A program made the position numbers and the translations under genes. Shown here one piece after another: positions 29,765 through 38,973 of a DNA stretch of 64,000 nucleotides. The notes below the pieces were generated by a model. The model had not been told where the DNA came from. It saw only the letters and a program-made list of their open reading frames with translations, and ran no database searches. This DNA is from a bacterium. GTDB taxonomy: Bacteria > SZUA-182 > DTGQ01. The stretch spans positions 26,184 through 90,183 of the forward strand of contig JBFMGO010000008.1 of the NCBI GenBank assembly GCA_040752695.1, written 5' to 3'. Position 1 is the first letter of the stretch. Each line of letters starts with the position of its first letter.

Positions 29765-30181
29765 CTAGTTTGATCTTTCGGACAGCAGCTTAGCCGTGAT
29801 ACCTGGCAAATTGCACAAATCGCCTTTGTCTACAAACCTGTCGATGATACCGTCTTCAATGGTCGCCTTGATCTCACCTTCGGCTACACCGAGATGATAC
29901 CCCGAGATGAGGACAACCATGGTGTTCGGATTAACCTTTTTTATCCGGTTTGAAATAGCCGAACTGTTCAACTGCGGCATCTCAAGATCCACATAGACAA
30001 GATCAACGCTCTGTTGAGTGATAACGGAGAGAACATCCTCCTCGTTCTGGGCTATAAAGGTCTGATACCCGCTTTGATCGAGAATGTCCTTAAATACGCT
30101 ACACAATGTTATATCATCATCGATAATTAAAATCTTCTGGTCCTTCTTCCTCACCGGGTTATCTAAAAATATGGCTTTCAT
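29765..30181 (-). CDS. Single-domain response regulator (receiver)
   Basis: ILIIDDD, VDLEMP, LISG and VDK motifs. Confidence 0.9.
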   Translation of the reverse strand: MKAIFLDNPVRKKDQKILIIDDDITLCSVFKDILDQSGYQTFIAQNEEDVLSVITQQSVDLVYVDLEMPQLNSSAISNRIKKVNPNTMVVLISGYHLGVAEGEIKATIEDGIIDRFVDKGDLCNLPGITAKLLSERSN

Positions 30182-30297
30182 GCTTATCCTTTACGCTTTA
30201 ACCTGACAATAAAAATGTACGCTTTAACCTGACAATGAAAATGCATGGGAACAGATCCCGATTTATAAATCCTTAATAATCTTAAAAAAACAACAGG

Positions 30298-30609
30298 TTA
30301 ACCGAACAAATCGATTAAACGCTGTTTATCTTCATCCGTAGCCCTGTCCACTTCCTTGAGTTGACTATCAATTTCTTCACGAAATTCAATTCTATCGAGC
30401 TGATCGCCCGGTTCAATGATCTTTTTCATGAGATCATTGAGCAGTTCTCTTTTTTCCTGCAGGTTTTTCATCTGTTCCAGGTATCTCGCCTTGGCCAGAC
30501 CTACAGCTTTATCCGCCCTGGCCTGAAAAACGCTTATTTCCAAACTGAGCTTCTGCACTTTGAAAGATAATTTTTCCAGGTATTCATCCTGGAGAGATCT
30601 GGTTCCCAT
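30298..30609 (-). CDS. Hypothetical coiled-coil protein
   Basis: Helical charged ORF; GGGAG RBS before ATG 30609. Confidence 0.6.
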   Translation of the reverse strand: MGTRSLQDEYLEKLSFKVQKLSLEISVFQARADKAVGLAKARYLEQMKNLQEKRELLNDLMKKIIEPGDQLDRIEFREEIDSQLKEVDRATDEDKQRLIDLFG

Positions 30610-30865
30610 GGGGAATCTCCCTGCCCCGCCCGCATTGGGCAAGCTCGTATGGCCGGCCTATGAAAACAGGAGTTGCACGCTGCGGGGCCATGTGCTATAC
30701 ATAATGAATTATACTCTTAACTATGTATCGATCCGATTGTCCTAACTCTTTACCTCTTTCGGCAAGATTCAAAAGATTTGTTCATCTGAATTTTGCTTTA
30801 ACTTGCTCATCGTTTCTGATATACTTTAACCGTTACTGCACAATCTATTACAGAAAGGGACATTT

Positions 30866-31429
30866 ATGTACGAAGTCAGTGATATCAGGAAAAATCTTAA
30901 AATACAAATAGATGGTGAACCATATATTGTCGTCGATTTCCAATTCGTAAAACCCGGTAAAGGAAATGCCTTTACCAGAACAAGATTAAAAAACATGATT
31001 ACCGGAAACGTTCTTGACCGGACCTACAAGTCGGGTGAAAAGCTCGAACCGGCCGGGTTGGAAGAGCATCCCATGCAATTCCTCTATGCACTTGAAGGAA
31101 TGTATCATTTTATGAATACGGAAAACTACGAGCAGATCGCGATGGATGAATCCCAGGTCGGGGACGCCAGGGATTACCTGATTGAAAATCTCAATGTCAA
31201 TGTCCTTGTTTTCAATAATCGGCCCATTGCCATAAATCTGCCCAACTTCGTCGAACTGGAGGTAGTCGAGACAGAGCCCGGCTTCAAGGGAGACACCGTC
31301 AGCGGAGGCAATAAGCCAGCCATCATGAATACCGGGGCCAAGATCAATGTACCGATTTTCGTCAACAGCGGTGATGTGATCGTGGTAGATACCCGGACCG
31401 GCCAATACGTCGAGCGAGCCAAAAAATAG
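30866..31429 (+). CDS. efp: Elongation factor P
   Basis: VKPGKG loop, PGFKGDT, VDTRTGQY. Confidence 0.98.
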   Translation: MYEVSDIRKNLKIQIDGEPYIVVDFQFVKPGKGNAFTRTRLKNMITGNVLDRTYKSGEKLEPAGLEEHPMQFLYALEGMYHFMNTENYEQIAMDESQVGDARDYLIENLNVNVLVFNNRPIAINLPNFVELEVVETEPGFKGDTVSGGNKPAIMNTGAKINVPIFVNSGDVIVVDTRTGQYVERAKK

Positions 31430-31469
31430 GAATCTAAAAAGCAGGCACTTTCAGGCAAGGATATATCCT

Positions 31470-32381
31470 TTGTTTTCGATGAGTATGATCCAACCCGATA
31501 TGCATTCTTTCCGGCACCGGCTTTTGCGGGCTATCCGCGACTTTTTTGATGAGCGGGAATATCTGGAGGTTACCACTCCCATCCTGGTCCGTTGTCCGGG
31601 GATTGATCCCTATATCGACGCCATCCCTGCAGGAGAGAACTTTTACCTGGCAACTTCTCCGGAGCTCCACATGAAGCGGCTGCTTGGCTGCGGTCTGAAA
31701 AAAATCTATCAAATCACGCATGCCTTTCGAGCGGAGGAAACCGGCAGGCACCATAATTGTGAATTTTCCATTCTGGAATGGTATGAGACTGGAATAGACT
31801 ATCAAACCCTCATGGAATTGACCGAATCTTTCATTCAGACTATAGATCAGAAGATGTGCAGATATCTGGATAGAGATGCTCTTTTCCACTCGCCGTTCCC
31901 GAGGATTTCCGTGGATGATGCTTTCTTGCAGTACGCTGATTGGCAGCCTTCAAAGGAATGGAATGAAGAGCGGTTCTTCATCGATTTGATCGAAATCGTC
32001 GAGCCAGCCTTAAAAAACATACCTGCCTTTTTCCTCTATGATTTTCCGGCTCCTTTAGCCAGCCTGGCCAGGTTGAAGCCGGAAGATCCTGATCTGTGCG
32101 AGAGATTCGAGCTTTACCTTAAGGGAGTGGAGATTGCCAACGGCTTTTCCGAATTGACCTGCGTAAAGGAACAAAAGGAGCGATTCGAGCGAGACCGCGC
32201 TAAACGGGCAGCCATGAACAAAGAGCCCTACCCGCTGGACAGCCAGTTTCTCTTAACCCTGGAAAAGGGGCTTTTGCCGGATTGCGCAGGAATCGCCGCA
32301 GGGATTGACCGCATCCTGATGGTGCTCACTGAATCCTCCGATATTTCAGAGGTAATGGCTTTCCCCTCCAGCCGGTTATAG
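31470..32381 (+). CDS. epmA: EF-P lysine aminoacylase EpmA (GenX/PoxA)
   Basis: YLATSPELHMKRLL, FRAEE..HHNCEF, ERFELY..G.EIANGF.EL, GIDR; adjacent to efp. Exact start uncertain. Confidence 0.93.
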   Translation: MFSMSMIQPDMHSFRHRLLRAIRDFFDEREYLEVTTPILVRCPGIDPYIDAIPAGENFYLATSPELHMKRLLGCGLKKIYQITHAFRAEETGRHHNCEFSILEWYETGIDYQTLMELTESFIQTIDQKMCRYLDRDALFHSPFPRISVDDAFLQYADWQPSKEWNEERFFIDLIEIVEPALKNIPAFFLYDFPAPLASLARLKPEDPDLCERFELYLKGVEIANGFSELTCVKEQKERFERDRAKRAAMNKEPYPLDSQFLLTLEKGLLPDCAGIAAGIDRILMVLTESSDISEVMAFPSSRL

Positions 32382-32439
32382 GTAATATGCGGGTATATGA
32401 CGGGCATCCTCGACAGGCATTTATTACATTTCACGGTAC

Positions 32440-33309
32440 ATGAAAATGGTGAGAGGGATTGCAGCAGTGAGCCTTTATTTGACCTTATGGGGGTGCGGCG
32501 GTATCCATGTGCGGCCTATTTCACCTCTTTGCAAACGCAAAACCAGTTGTAAGGCAGGAGAGTCGTATACTGCCAATACCGGCTCACCGATACTTGTTGC
32601 AAGCTATAACATCTGTTCATATCCAACCTTCAAGCCAAGAATGTATTATCAGCCCCCGGGTATCGAGATGCCTTCTGCAACCTTCAACGTCCAGTTTACA
32701 GCAACGCTGCCACCCATAACTCCGGATCAAAAATGGGCGGCGCGCTACGTACATGGTGGCAATTATATCGTCATTTGCTCTCAAAATTACAGCCCGACAT
32801 TGGGAATAGAAATAACGCCCAATGGTGAACTGGCGGATGAAGAAGCATGGGTATCTATTGAAAATTATGACCCGAACATAGAGGAGCCTGGCCGGGATTA
32901 TTCCAAAATTCCGGACTGGATGAAGTCTCAGAGGTTATTTACACAATGGATGTGGAGCATAGGAGCGAAAATCTTGGATATCAGCTCAAGCAGCGCAGTC
33001 AGAGAAAAGGGAAAATGGCAGCCGCCAACTCTTCAGTTATTTGAAGAGGTTGACGGTGATATCATTGAGTATCATGAAGGTTCTTTCAAGGCCGAATTAA
33101 TCTATACCGGCAAGATGGATAATATCATAAGGATATCTTACAGGGAGTATATTGATAACATGGCCAGGCCGGCATTCAGCCAGGAACTGCGATATGACTT
33201 GAGCGAAGGAAATGAGATTTCCTTTCAGTCATTAAGGATGAAAGTATTAGAGGCAACCAACACAAAAATCACCATCCAGGTGATAGATGGTGAGCTGCCT
33301 TCGATATAA
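32440..33309 (+). CDS. Hypothetical lipoprotein
   Basis: Lipobox LWGC; conserved-looking C-terminal block ELIYTG...ISYREY..NMARPAF..ELRYDL. Confidence 0.7.
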   Translation: MKMVRGIAAVSLYLTLWGCGGIHVRPISPLCKRKTSCKAGESYTANTGSPILVASYNICSYPTFKPRMYYQPPGIEMPSATFNVQFTATLPPITPDQKWAARYVHGGNYIVICSQNYSPTLGIEITPNGELADEEAWVSIENYDPNIEEPGRDYSKIPDWMKSQRLFTQWMWSIGAKILDISSSSAVREKGKWQPPTLQLFEEVDGDIIEYHEGSFKAELIYTGKMDNIIRISYREYIDNMARPAFSQELRYDLSEGNEISFQSLRMKVLEATNTKITIQVIDGELPSI

Positions 33310-33386
33310 AGACAACTGCCTTGACGGCATTTCATTGGCAGTGAGAGCGTATCGGGAACAGTATCCCGTAGTTATGGAGATCAATC

Positions 33387-34301
33387 ATGAAATATAATAC
33401 CCTGATCTGGTATGACGGAAAATTCGTGGAATGGGAAAGTGCCACTACCAGCATTATGTCGCATGTTGTTCACTATGGAAGCTCCATTTTCGAGAGCCTG
33501 CGCTGCTATAAAAGTTGCCGGGGCCCGGCCATTCTGAGACTTAAAGCCCATGTGGAAAGGCTGTTTGATTCCGCCAGGGTGTACCGCATGGTTATCCCGT
33601 ATTCGAAACAGGAGTTCAGTGAAGCCATCATCCAGACAGTGAAAAAAAATAACCTTGAGGAATGCTATATTCGCCCCTTTGTTTTCCGCGGCTTCAAGGA
33701 GATGGGGGTCAACCCGCTTAAGAACCCGCTTCACTGCGCTATTGCCGCCTGGGAATGGGGAGAATACCTCGGAGAAGGGGTTTTGGAGAAAGGCATACGG
33801 GTTTGTGTTTCCTCCTGGAACCGTTTCGCTCCCAATACTATGCCGTCCCTGGCCAAAGCCGGCGGTAATTATCTCAACTCCCAGTTAATCAAGATCGAGG
33901 CGCTGGAGAACGGTTTTGACGAGGGGATCGCACTGGACAGCATGGGCTATGTTTCCGAAGGGTCCGGGGAAAACATCTTCCTGGTCAGAAATGGTGTATT
34001 GTATACTCCTCCCACCAGTTCCTCGATTCTGGCAGGGATTACCAGACACTGCATATTTTTAATCGCCAGAGATCTTCAAATCAGGATCGAGCAGCATACC
34101 GTTCCAAGAGAGGCTCTCTATATCGCTGATGAAGCCTTTTTTACCGGTACAGCGGCGGAAATCACCCCCATTACCTCAATTGACAGGAGGCAAATCGGAG
34201 AGGGAAAAGTCGGCCCGGTTACGAAAAAAATTCAAGAGCAGTTTTTCAACATCATCAGGGGCAAGTCCGAGGATAAATACAACTGGCTGACGTATATATA
34301 G
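33387..34301 (+). CDS. ilvE: Branched-chain amino acid aminotransferase
   Basis: [18 protein letters not shown] (PLP Lys), [24 protein letters not shown]. Confidence 0.97.
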   Translation: MKYNTLIWYDGKFVEWESATTSIMSHVVHYGSSIFESLRCYKSCRGPAILRLKAHVERLFDSARVYRMVIPYSKQEFSEAIIQTVKKNNLEECYIRPFVFRGFKEMGVNPLKNPLHCAIAAWEWGEYLGEGVLEKGIRVCVSSWNRFAPNTMPSLAKAGGNYLNSQLIKIEALENGFDEGIALDSMGYVSEGSGENIFLVRNGVLYTPPTSSSILAGITRHCIFLIARDLQIRIEQHTVPREALYIADEAFFTGTAAEITPITSIDRRQIGEGKVGPVTKKIQEQFFNIIRGKSEDKYNWLTYI

Positions 34302-34326
34302 GTTAACAATCCTATCATAAACAACC

Positions 34327-35694
34327 ATGAGGCATTCTCTTTCCTTAGCAGTATTACTCACTCTCGTCATTTTTATCGGCGTGAGCCGGGCGCAAGTCCC
34401 CCTTTCTCTGCCCGGGGCGGTTAATCGCGCTTTAAAAGCGCATCCCGACGTGTTGATGGCTGAAAGAGATGTGGCCAGGTCCCGGGCTGTTTTCAAGAAT
34501 GTCCGGTCTTCACGGTTCCCGAAAATAGATTTTCTCTTTGAGAATCAGTACACAAAAACTATCGAAAAATTTGAGCCGACCAAGATACACCTTACCTTTG
34601 ATGATGGCACGGACAAAGTCATTTCCCCCACAAAGGATGTTCCCGAATACCAGAGCGAAATAGCAGTTCAGGCCACGGAGAAGCTCTTTTCCGGCGGACG
34701 GATCTTCTCGGCGATCAAGGGAGCAAGGGCCGGGATCAGGAGCGCTGAAAGAGCCAGACACACCAGCCGGCGAGGGATCGCCCTGGCAGCCACAAGGGCC
34801 TATTGGGAATTGAAGCGGGCACAAGAGGTTCTCCGGATAGACCAGGAGAAAGTCGAACATGCCGAGGACATCCTGAAAGCAGCCAAGAGCAGGCACGCAC
34901 AAGGAGCTATCTCAAAGCTTGAGAGAGAGAAAGCACAGGTCGATTTTCTTAATCATCAGGGAGATCTTTCGCAGTCTCAAACAGCGAGAAAAATTGCCGA
35001 AGATACCTTATGGCTGGAGATGGGCCAACTCGAGGCAGAAAAGCGCGAGCTTGTGCATGCCCAGGACGAGCCCTCCTTTCAGCCGGTGACCTTCGATGAT
35101 GAAGAGCTCAAAAGAGGCATCCACGATGCCCTTCGCCTGCGGCCTGAGATGCAATCCGCTGCCGCGAAAATTGAAGCCGGGGAAGCGGGAGTAGGGGCAG
35201 CCAGGTCAGGCTGTTTTCCACAGGTCGAGCTGTTTGGTCGCTACAGTTGGATTGGATACGGCCAAGACGAGGCAGGTGATGCCTGGAAAGACATTGACCG
35301 GAATTACTGGGTGGCAGGAGTGAATATTACGCTCAATCTCTTTGAGGGATTGGCCACTCTCAGCAAAATCGAGGAGGAAAAAGCAGTGCTGGCCAACTCT
35401 CTGCTTGAGCGGGAGAAGATGCGGCAGTCTATTATCCGGCAGGTACGCAAGGCGTATAATTCCCTGATCGGTGCTGCCAAAAGGGTTACCCTGTTACAGC
35501 AGAGCATAGGGCTGGCCGAGAGGAATCTAGAGGCAGCCAAGAAGCAGTTTGCTCTTGGAGCTGCCACTATTCATGAAGTTGCCGAGTACAATGTCAGTAT
35601 GGCTGAAACAAAAAAAGAATATATCAATGCCCTCATAGATTACGAAATGGCGAAGGCCGAGCTTGCATGGGCCAGGGGGGAGGCATGGCCATGA
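34327..35694 (+). CDS. TolC-family outer membrane channel
   Basis: Signal peptide; two OEP repeats (FPKI..., RPE..., FPQV...). Confidence 0.9.
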   Translation: MRHSLSLAVLLTLVIFIGVSRAQVPLSLPGAVNRALKAHPDVLMAERDVARSRAVFKNVRSSRFPKIDFLFENQYTKTIEKFEPTKIHLTFDDGTDKVISPTKDVPEYQSEIAVQATEKLFSGGRIFSAIKGARAGIRSAERARHTSRRGIALAATRAYWELKRAQEVLRIDQEKVEHAEDILKAAKSRHAQGAISKLEREKAQVDFLNHQGDLSQSQTARKIAEDTLWLEMGQLEAEKRELVHAQDEPSFQPVTFDDEELKRGIHDALRLRPEMQSAAAKIEAGEAGVGAARSGCFPQVELFGRYSWIGYGQDEAGDAWKDIDRNYWVAGVNITLNLFEGLATLSKIEEEKAVLANSLLEREKMRQSIIRQVRKAYNSLIGAAKRVTLLQQSIGLAERNLEAAKKQFALGAATIHEVAEYNVSMAETKKEYINALIDYEMAKAELAWARGEAWP

Positions 35695-37007
35695 AAAAAA
35701 TTATCTTCCCTATTGCCCTGGCGGCCGTAGTGGCGGCTGGTTTTATCCTTGTCCTCGGCAATACCTCGAATTCACCCGCCATCGAGACCATCAAGCTTGG
35801 GCGAGGCGACATCAGTGATTCTGTCAAGGCTACCGGAAGAGTCGAGGCAGTGGTGGAAAGGGTCCTGAGGGCTGAGGCAGAGGGGAAGATCGTTCAGGTT
35901 CTGAAGGAAGAAGGCGACAAGGTCAGGATCGGGGAAGAGCTTGTCCTTTTTGATCTGGCCGACCTCGACGATGCCGTGGCCAGGGCCGGGCTTGAGATTG
36001 AGCAGGCGGAAATTGCCATGCGTCTGGCACGCACCAAACTTGACGCCTCCGAGCGCACCTATGAGGACCCGATCGAGCGTGCCTCCTATCTGAAGGACAG
36101 GGAAGACGGATACCGGCAGGCTGTCCTGAGCAGGGAGGCAGCCGAGCGTGAACTGGCCATCAGCCGTGAACTGTATGCAGCGCAGGCAGAATCGCTCCTT
36201 AGTTTAAAAGCCAAAGAGGACCGCCTCAAAAAGGCGCTCATCGACCAGCAGCAGGCTGAGCGTGAGCTTGATCAGGCCAGGGAGTATGTTACCGGTAAAG
36301 AAAAATCGGCCATCAACCTGTCCATGCTCAAGGCAGAGTATGAGAAGGCAGTGAATCAAAAGAAATTGGCCGAGGTAACCTTACGGGAGATCCTTCGCCG
36401 GCGGAAGCGGCTTTCCCCCACTTCTCCCCTCAACGGACAGGTAACGATGTGTGAATTGAAGGAAGGAATGATCGTCACCGTGGGGCAGGCTCTCATGACC
36501 CTTGCCGATACGGAAAATCTGCGGGTGCGGGCTGAAATTGACGAGTTGGATGCAGGCCGCATACAAAAGGGACATCTGGCGGCGATTACCTTTGATGCCT
36601 TCCCCGATCGTACCTTTACCGGCAGGGTGAGCAGCGTCGCTCCCCAGGCCCGGATTAAGGAAAATCGGACCATCGTTGAAACCGTTATTCTGCTGGATGC
36701 GGGCACGGATATTCTGCTGGATGCGGGCACGGAGCTTTTAAAGATCGCCAACCAGGTGGACGTCAAAATCATTCGGGAGAGAAAGTGCAATGTGCTTGTT
36801 CTGCCTCTTTCCGCCATACAGAGGGATACAACCCCTTTTGTCTGGCTTTATCATGGCGGCGCTGCCAGGAAAATGGAAGTGAGCCTGGGATTATCCGATA
36901 TGGACTCCATTGAAGTCACTCGCGGCCTTAAGGAGGGAGATGAAGTGATTATCTCAAGCAGCAGGGCGTTGAAGGATGGAGAGAAGGTAAGAGCGGCCTT
37001 ACGATAA
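35691..37007 (+). CDS. Efflux periplasmic adaptor (MacA/HlyD family)
   Basis: ATGA overlap with the TolC stop; lipoyl half-motifs (GKIVQV..EGDKV; SPLNG), coiled coil, beta-barrel. Confidence 0.9.
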   Translation: MKKIIFPIALAAVVAAGFILVLGNTSNSPAIETIKLGRGDISDSVKATGRVEAVVERVLRAEAEGKIVQVLKEEGDKVRIGEELVLFDLADLDDAVARAGLEIEQAEIAMRLARTKLDASERTYEDPIERASYLKDREDGYRQAVLSREAAERELAISRELYAAQAESLLSLKAKEDRLKKALIDQQQAERELDQAREYVTGKEKSAINLSMLKAEYEKAVNQKKLAEVTLREILRRRKRLSPTSPLNGQVTMCELKEGMIVTVGQALMTLADTENLRVRAEIDELDAGRIQKGHLAAITFDAFPDRTFTGRVSSVAPQARIKENRTIVETVILLDAGTDILLDAGTELLKIANQVDVKIIRERKCNVLVLPLSAIQRDTTPFVWLYHGGAARKMEVSLGLSDMDSIEVTRGLKEGDEVIISSSRALKDGEKVRAALR

Positions 37008-37014
37008 CAAGATT

Positions 37015-37692
37015 ATGATACATCTGGAAAATGTAAGTCGGACTTATGCCATGAAATCAGGGCTGGTGTATGCGCTCAAAAGGATCACTCTCACGGTTGA
37101 CCACGGCGAATTTATAGCTGTAATGGGGCCATCAGGCTCGGGCAAGTCCACTTTGATGAATATCGTCGGCTGCCTTGACCAGCCGACCTCAGGCCGGTAC
37201 TCACTTGAAAATGTCGATGTATCCAAATTGAACGATAATGATCTTGCGGCCATAAGGAACCGGAAAATCGGTTTTGTCTTCCAGAACTTCAACCTTCTGC
37301 CCAGGATGAGCATCCTCAAAAATGTCGAGCTGGCCCTTTTGTATGCAGGATTTCCACGGGGTGCCAGGCGGGAGGCGGCAGCCAGGGCTGCACTCGAATC
37401 GGTTGGCCTGGCGCAGCGGGTAAGCCACAGGCCCTGGGAGCTTTCTGGAGGGCAGCAGCAGCGGGCGGCCATTGCCAGGGCACTGGCCACTGACCCTGCG
37501 CTTCTGCTGGCCGATGAGCCCACCGGAAGCCTTGATTCAGTCACGGGAAACGAGATTATGAAAATCTTTTGCGAGTTGAACAAGAAGGGAAAGACCATTG
37601 TTCTCGTCACCCATGAGCACGGTATGACCAGGTATGTGCACCGCATCGTCCGGCTGAAAGACGGTACTATTGACACAAAAGGCCGCTTTTGA
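37015..37692 (+). CDS. ABC transporter ATP-binding protein (LolD/MacB-type)
   Basis: GPSGSGKST, LSGGQQQR, ADEPTG. Confidence 0.95.
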   Translation: MIHLENVSRTYAMKSGLVYALKRITLTVDHGEFIAVMGPSGSGKSTLMNIVGCLDQPTSGRYSLENVDVSKLNDNDLAAIRNRKIGFVFQNFNLLPRMSILKNVELALLYAGFPRGARREAAARAALESVGLAQRVSHRPWELSGGQQQRAAIARALATDPALLLADEPTGSLDSVTGNEIMKIFCELNKKGKTIVLVTHEHGMTRYVHRIVRLKDGTIDTKGRF

Positions 37693-37719
37693 GCAGTTCC
37701 ACCTCGGCAGGGAGTGCCC

Positions 37720-38946
37720 ATGGTTAATAACCTCGAAAATGTTCTCAGCGCCTTTGAGGCACTGAAGGTCAATCGTTTCAGGACCTTTTTAACACTCCTG
37801 GGGATTGTTATCGGTGTGGCTGCCGTTATCATGGTTGGTGCTGCTGTTCAGAGCGGGAAATCTATTATCTTTGACGAACTTCAAACCTTCGGCCTGAAGT
37901 CGCTCTGGGTCTTCAGATCCTTTACTGACGATCAACCGGGCACGACCGTGGCTTCAGGAAGCGGCATCGATGCCGACGATATTACTGCCATAAGGAAGAG
38001 TACCCGTCAGGTGAGGAGATTAGCGCCGATTTGTGACCAACGGAGACTCTGGGCCAAATATGTCAATAGCTATATTAAAATTCAGTTTATTGCCAGCAGC
38101 CCCGATTATGAACCGATCAATAACGATGCCACCAGCAGGGGAAGATTCCTCATCACCGAAGATCTTGAGTTCAGGCGCGATGTCTGTGTCATTGGTATCA
38201 AGGTAGTGAATAAGCTCTTTGGCAGCGAAGATCCCCTGGGGAAGGAAATCAAGATAGGACAGGACAAGTATACAGTCATTGGCATCCTCAAGGAGAAAAA
38301 CAGGGACTTTCTGGCCAGCATCGGCTCTGCGGGCGGTCAGGACGCCAATAACAGGATCATTGTTCCGATCACCACGTATCAGCGAAAAATGAACACCAAA
38401 CAGATAGGGCATATCCAGGCCGAAGCCATGAGCGTATCATCAGCTAAACCAGCGGCAGAGGAGATCAAGAACATTCTTTACTTTCGCCATAGGGGGCAAT
38501 ACACCTATGACTCTGAAACCATGCAGCAATACATCGAAACAGCCGACCGGATTGTGCAGGGAGTATCCTGGATCGGCGCCATTGCCGCCATTGTTTCCTT
38601 AGTGGTGGGCGGTATCGGCATCATGAATATCATGACCGTGTCCGTGGTGGAGAGGATCAGGGAGATTGGACTTCGTAAGGCCCTTGGGGCCACTCAGTCG
38701 GATATATTAATTCAATTCCTGTCAGAATCCATCTGTATCAGTCTCCTGGGCGGTATACTCGGCACACTCCTGGGCACAGGACTCATCTGGGTTATTCAGA
38801 TCCTGAGCCATAAACCAAGGCTGCTTGCGATGGAATATATTGCGGCAGCCCTGGCGGTTTCCATCCTGACCGGTGTCTTTTCCGGCCTCTATCCGGCTCA
38901 TCGGGCAGCTTCCCTGGATCCTGTCGAAGCCCTGCGGCATGAGTGA
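37720..38946 (+). CDS. MacB/FtsX-type ABC permease
   Basis: RTFLTLLGIVIGV, GGIGIMNIM.VSV.ER.REIG.RKALGA, DPVEALR. Confidence 0.95.
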   Translation: MVNNLENVLSAFEALKVNRFRTFLTLLGIVIGVAAVIMVGAAVQSGKSIIFDELQTFGLKSLWVFRSFTDDQPGTTVASGSGIDADDITAIRKSTRQVRRLAPICDQRRLWAKYVNSYIKIQFIASSPDYEPINNDATSRGRFLITEDLEFRRDVCVIGIKVVNKLFGSEDPLGKEIKIGQDKYTVIGILKEKNRDFLASIGSAGGQDANNRIIVPITTYQRKMNTKQIGHIQAEAMSVSSAKPAAEEIKNILYFRHRGQYTYDSETMQQYIETADRIVQGVSWIGAIAAIVSLVVGGIGIMNIMTVSVVERIREIGLRKALGATQSDILIQFLSESICISLLGGILGTLLGTGLIWVIQILSHKPRLLAMEYIAAALAVSILTGVFSGLYPAHRAASLDPVEALRHE

Positions 38947-38973
38947 TTTTACGCGTTCATGCAAAAACCGTGG

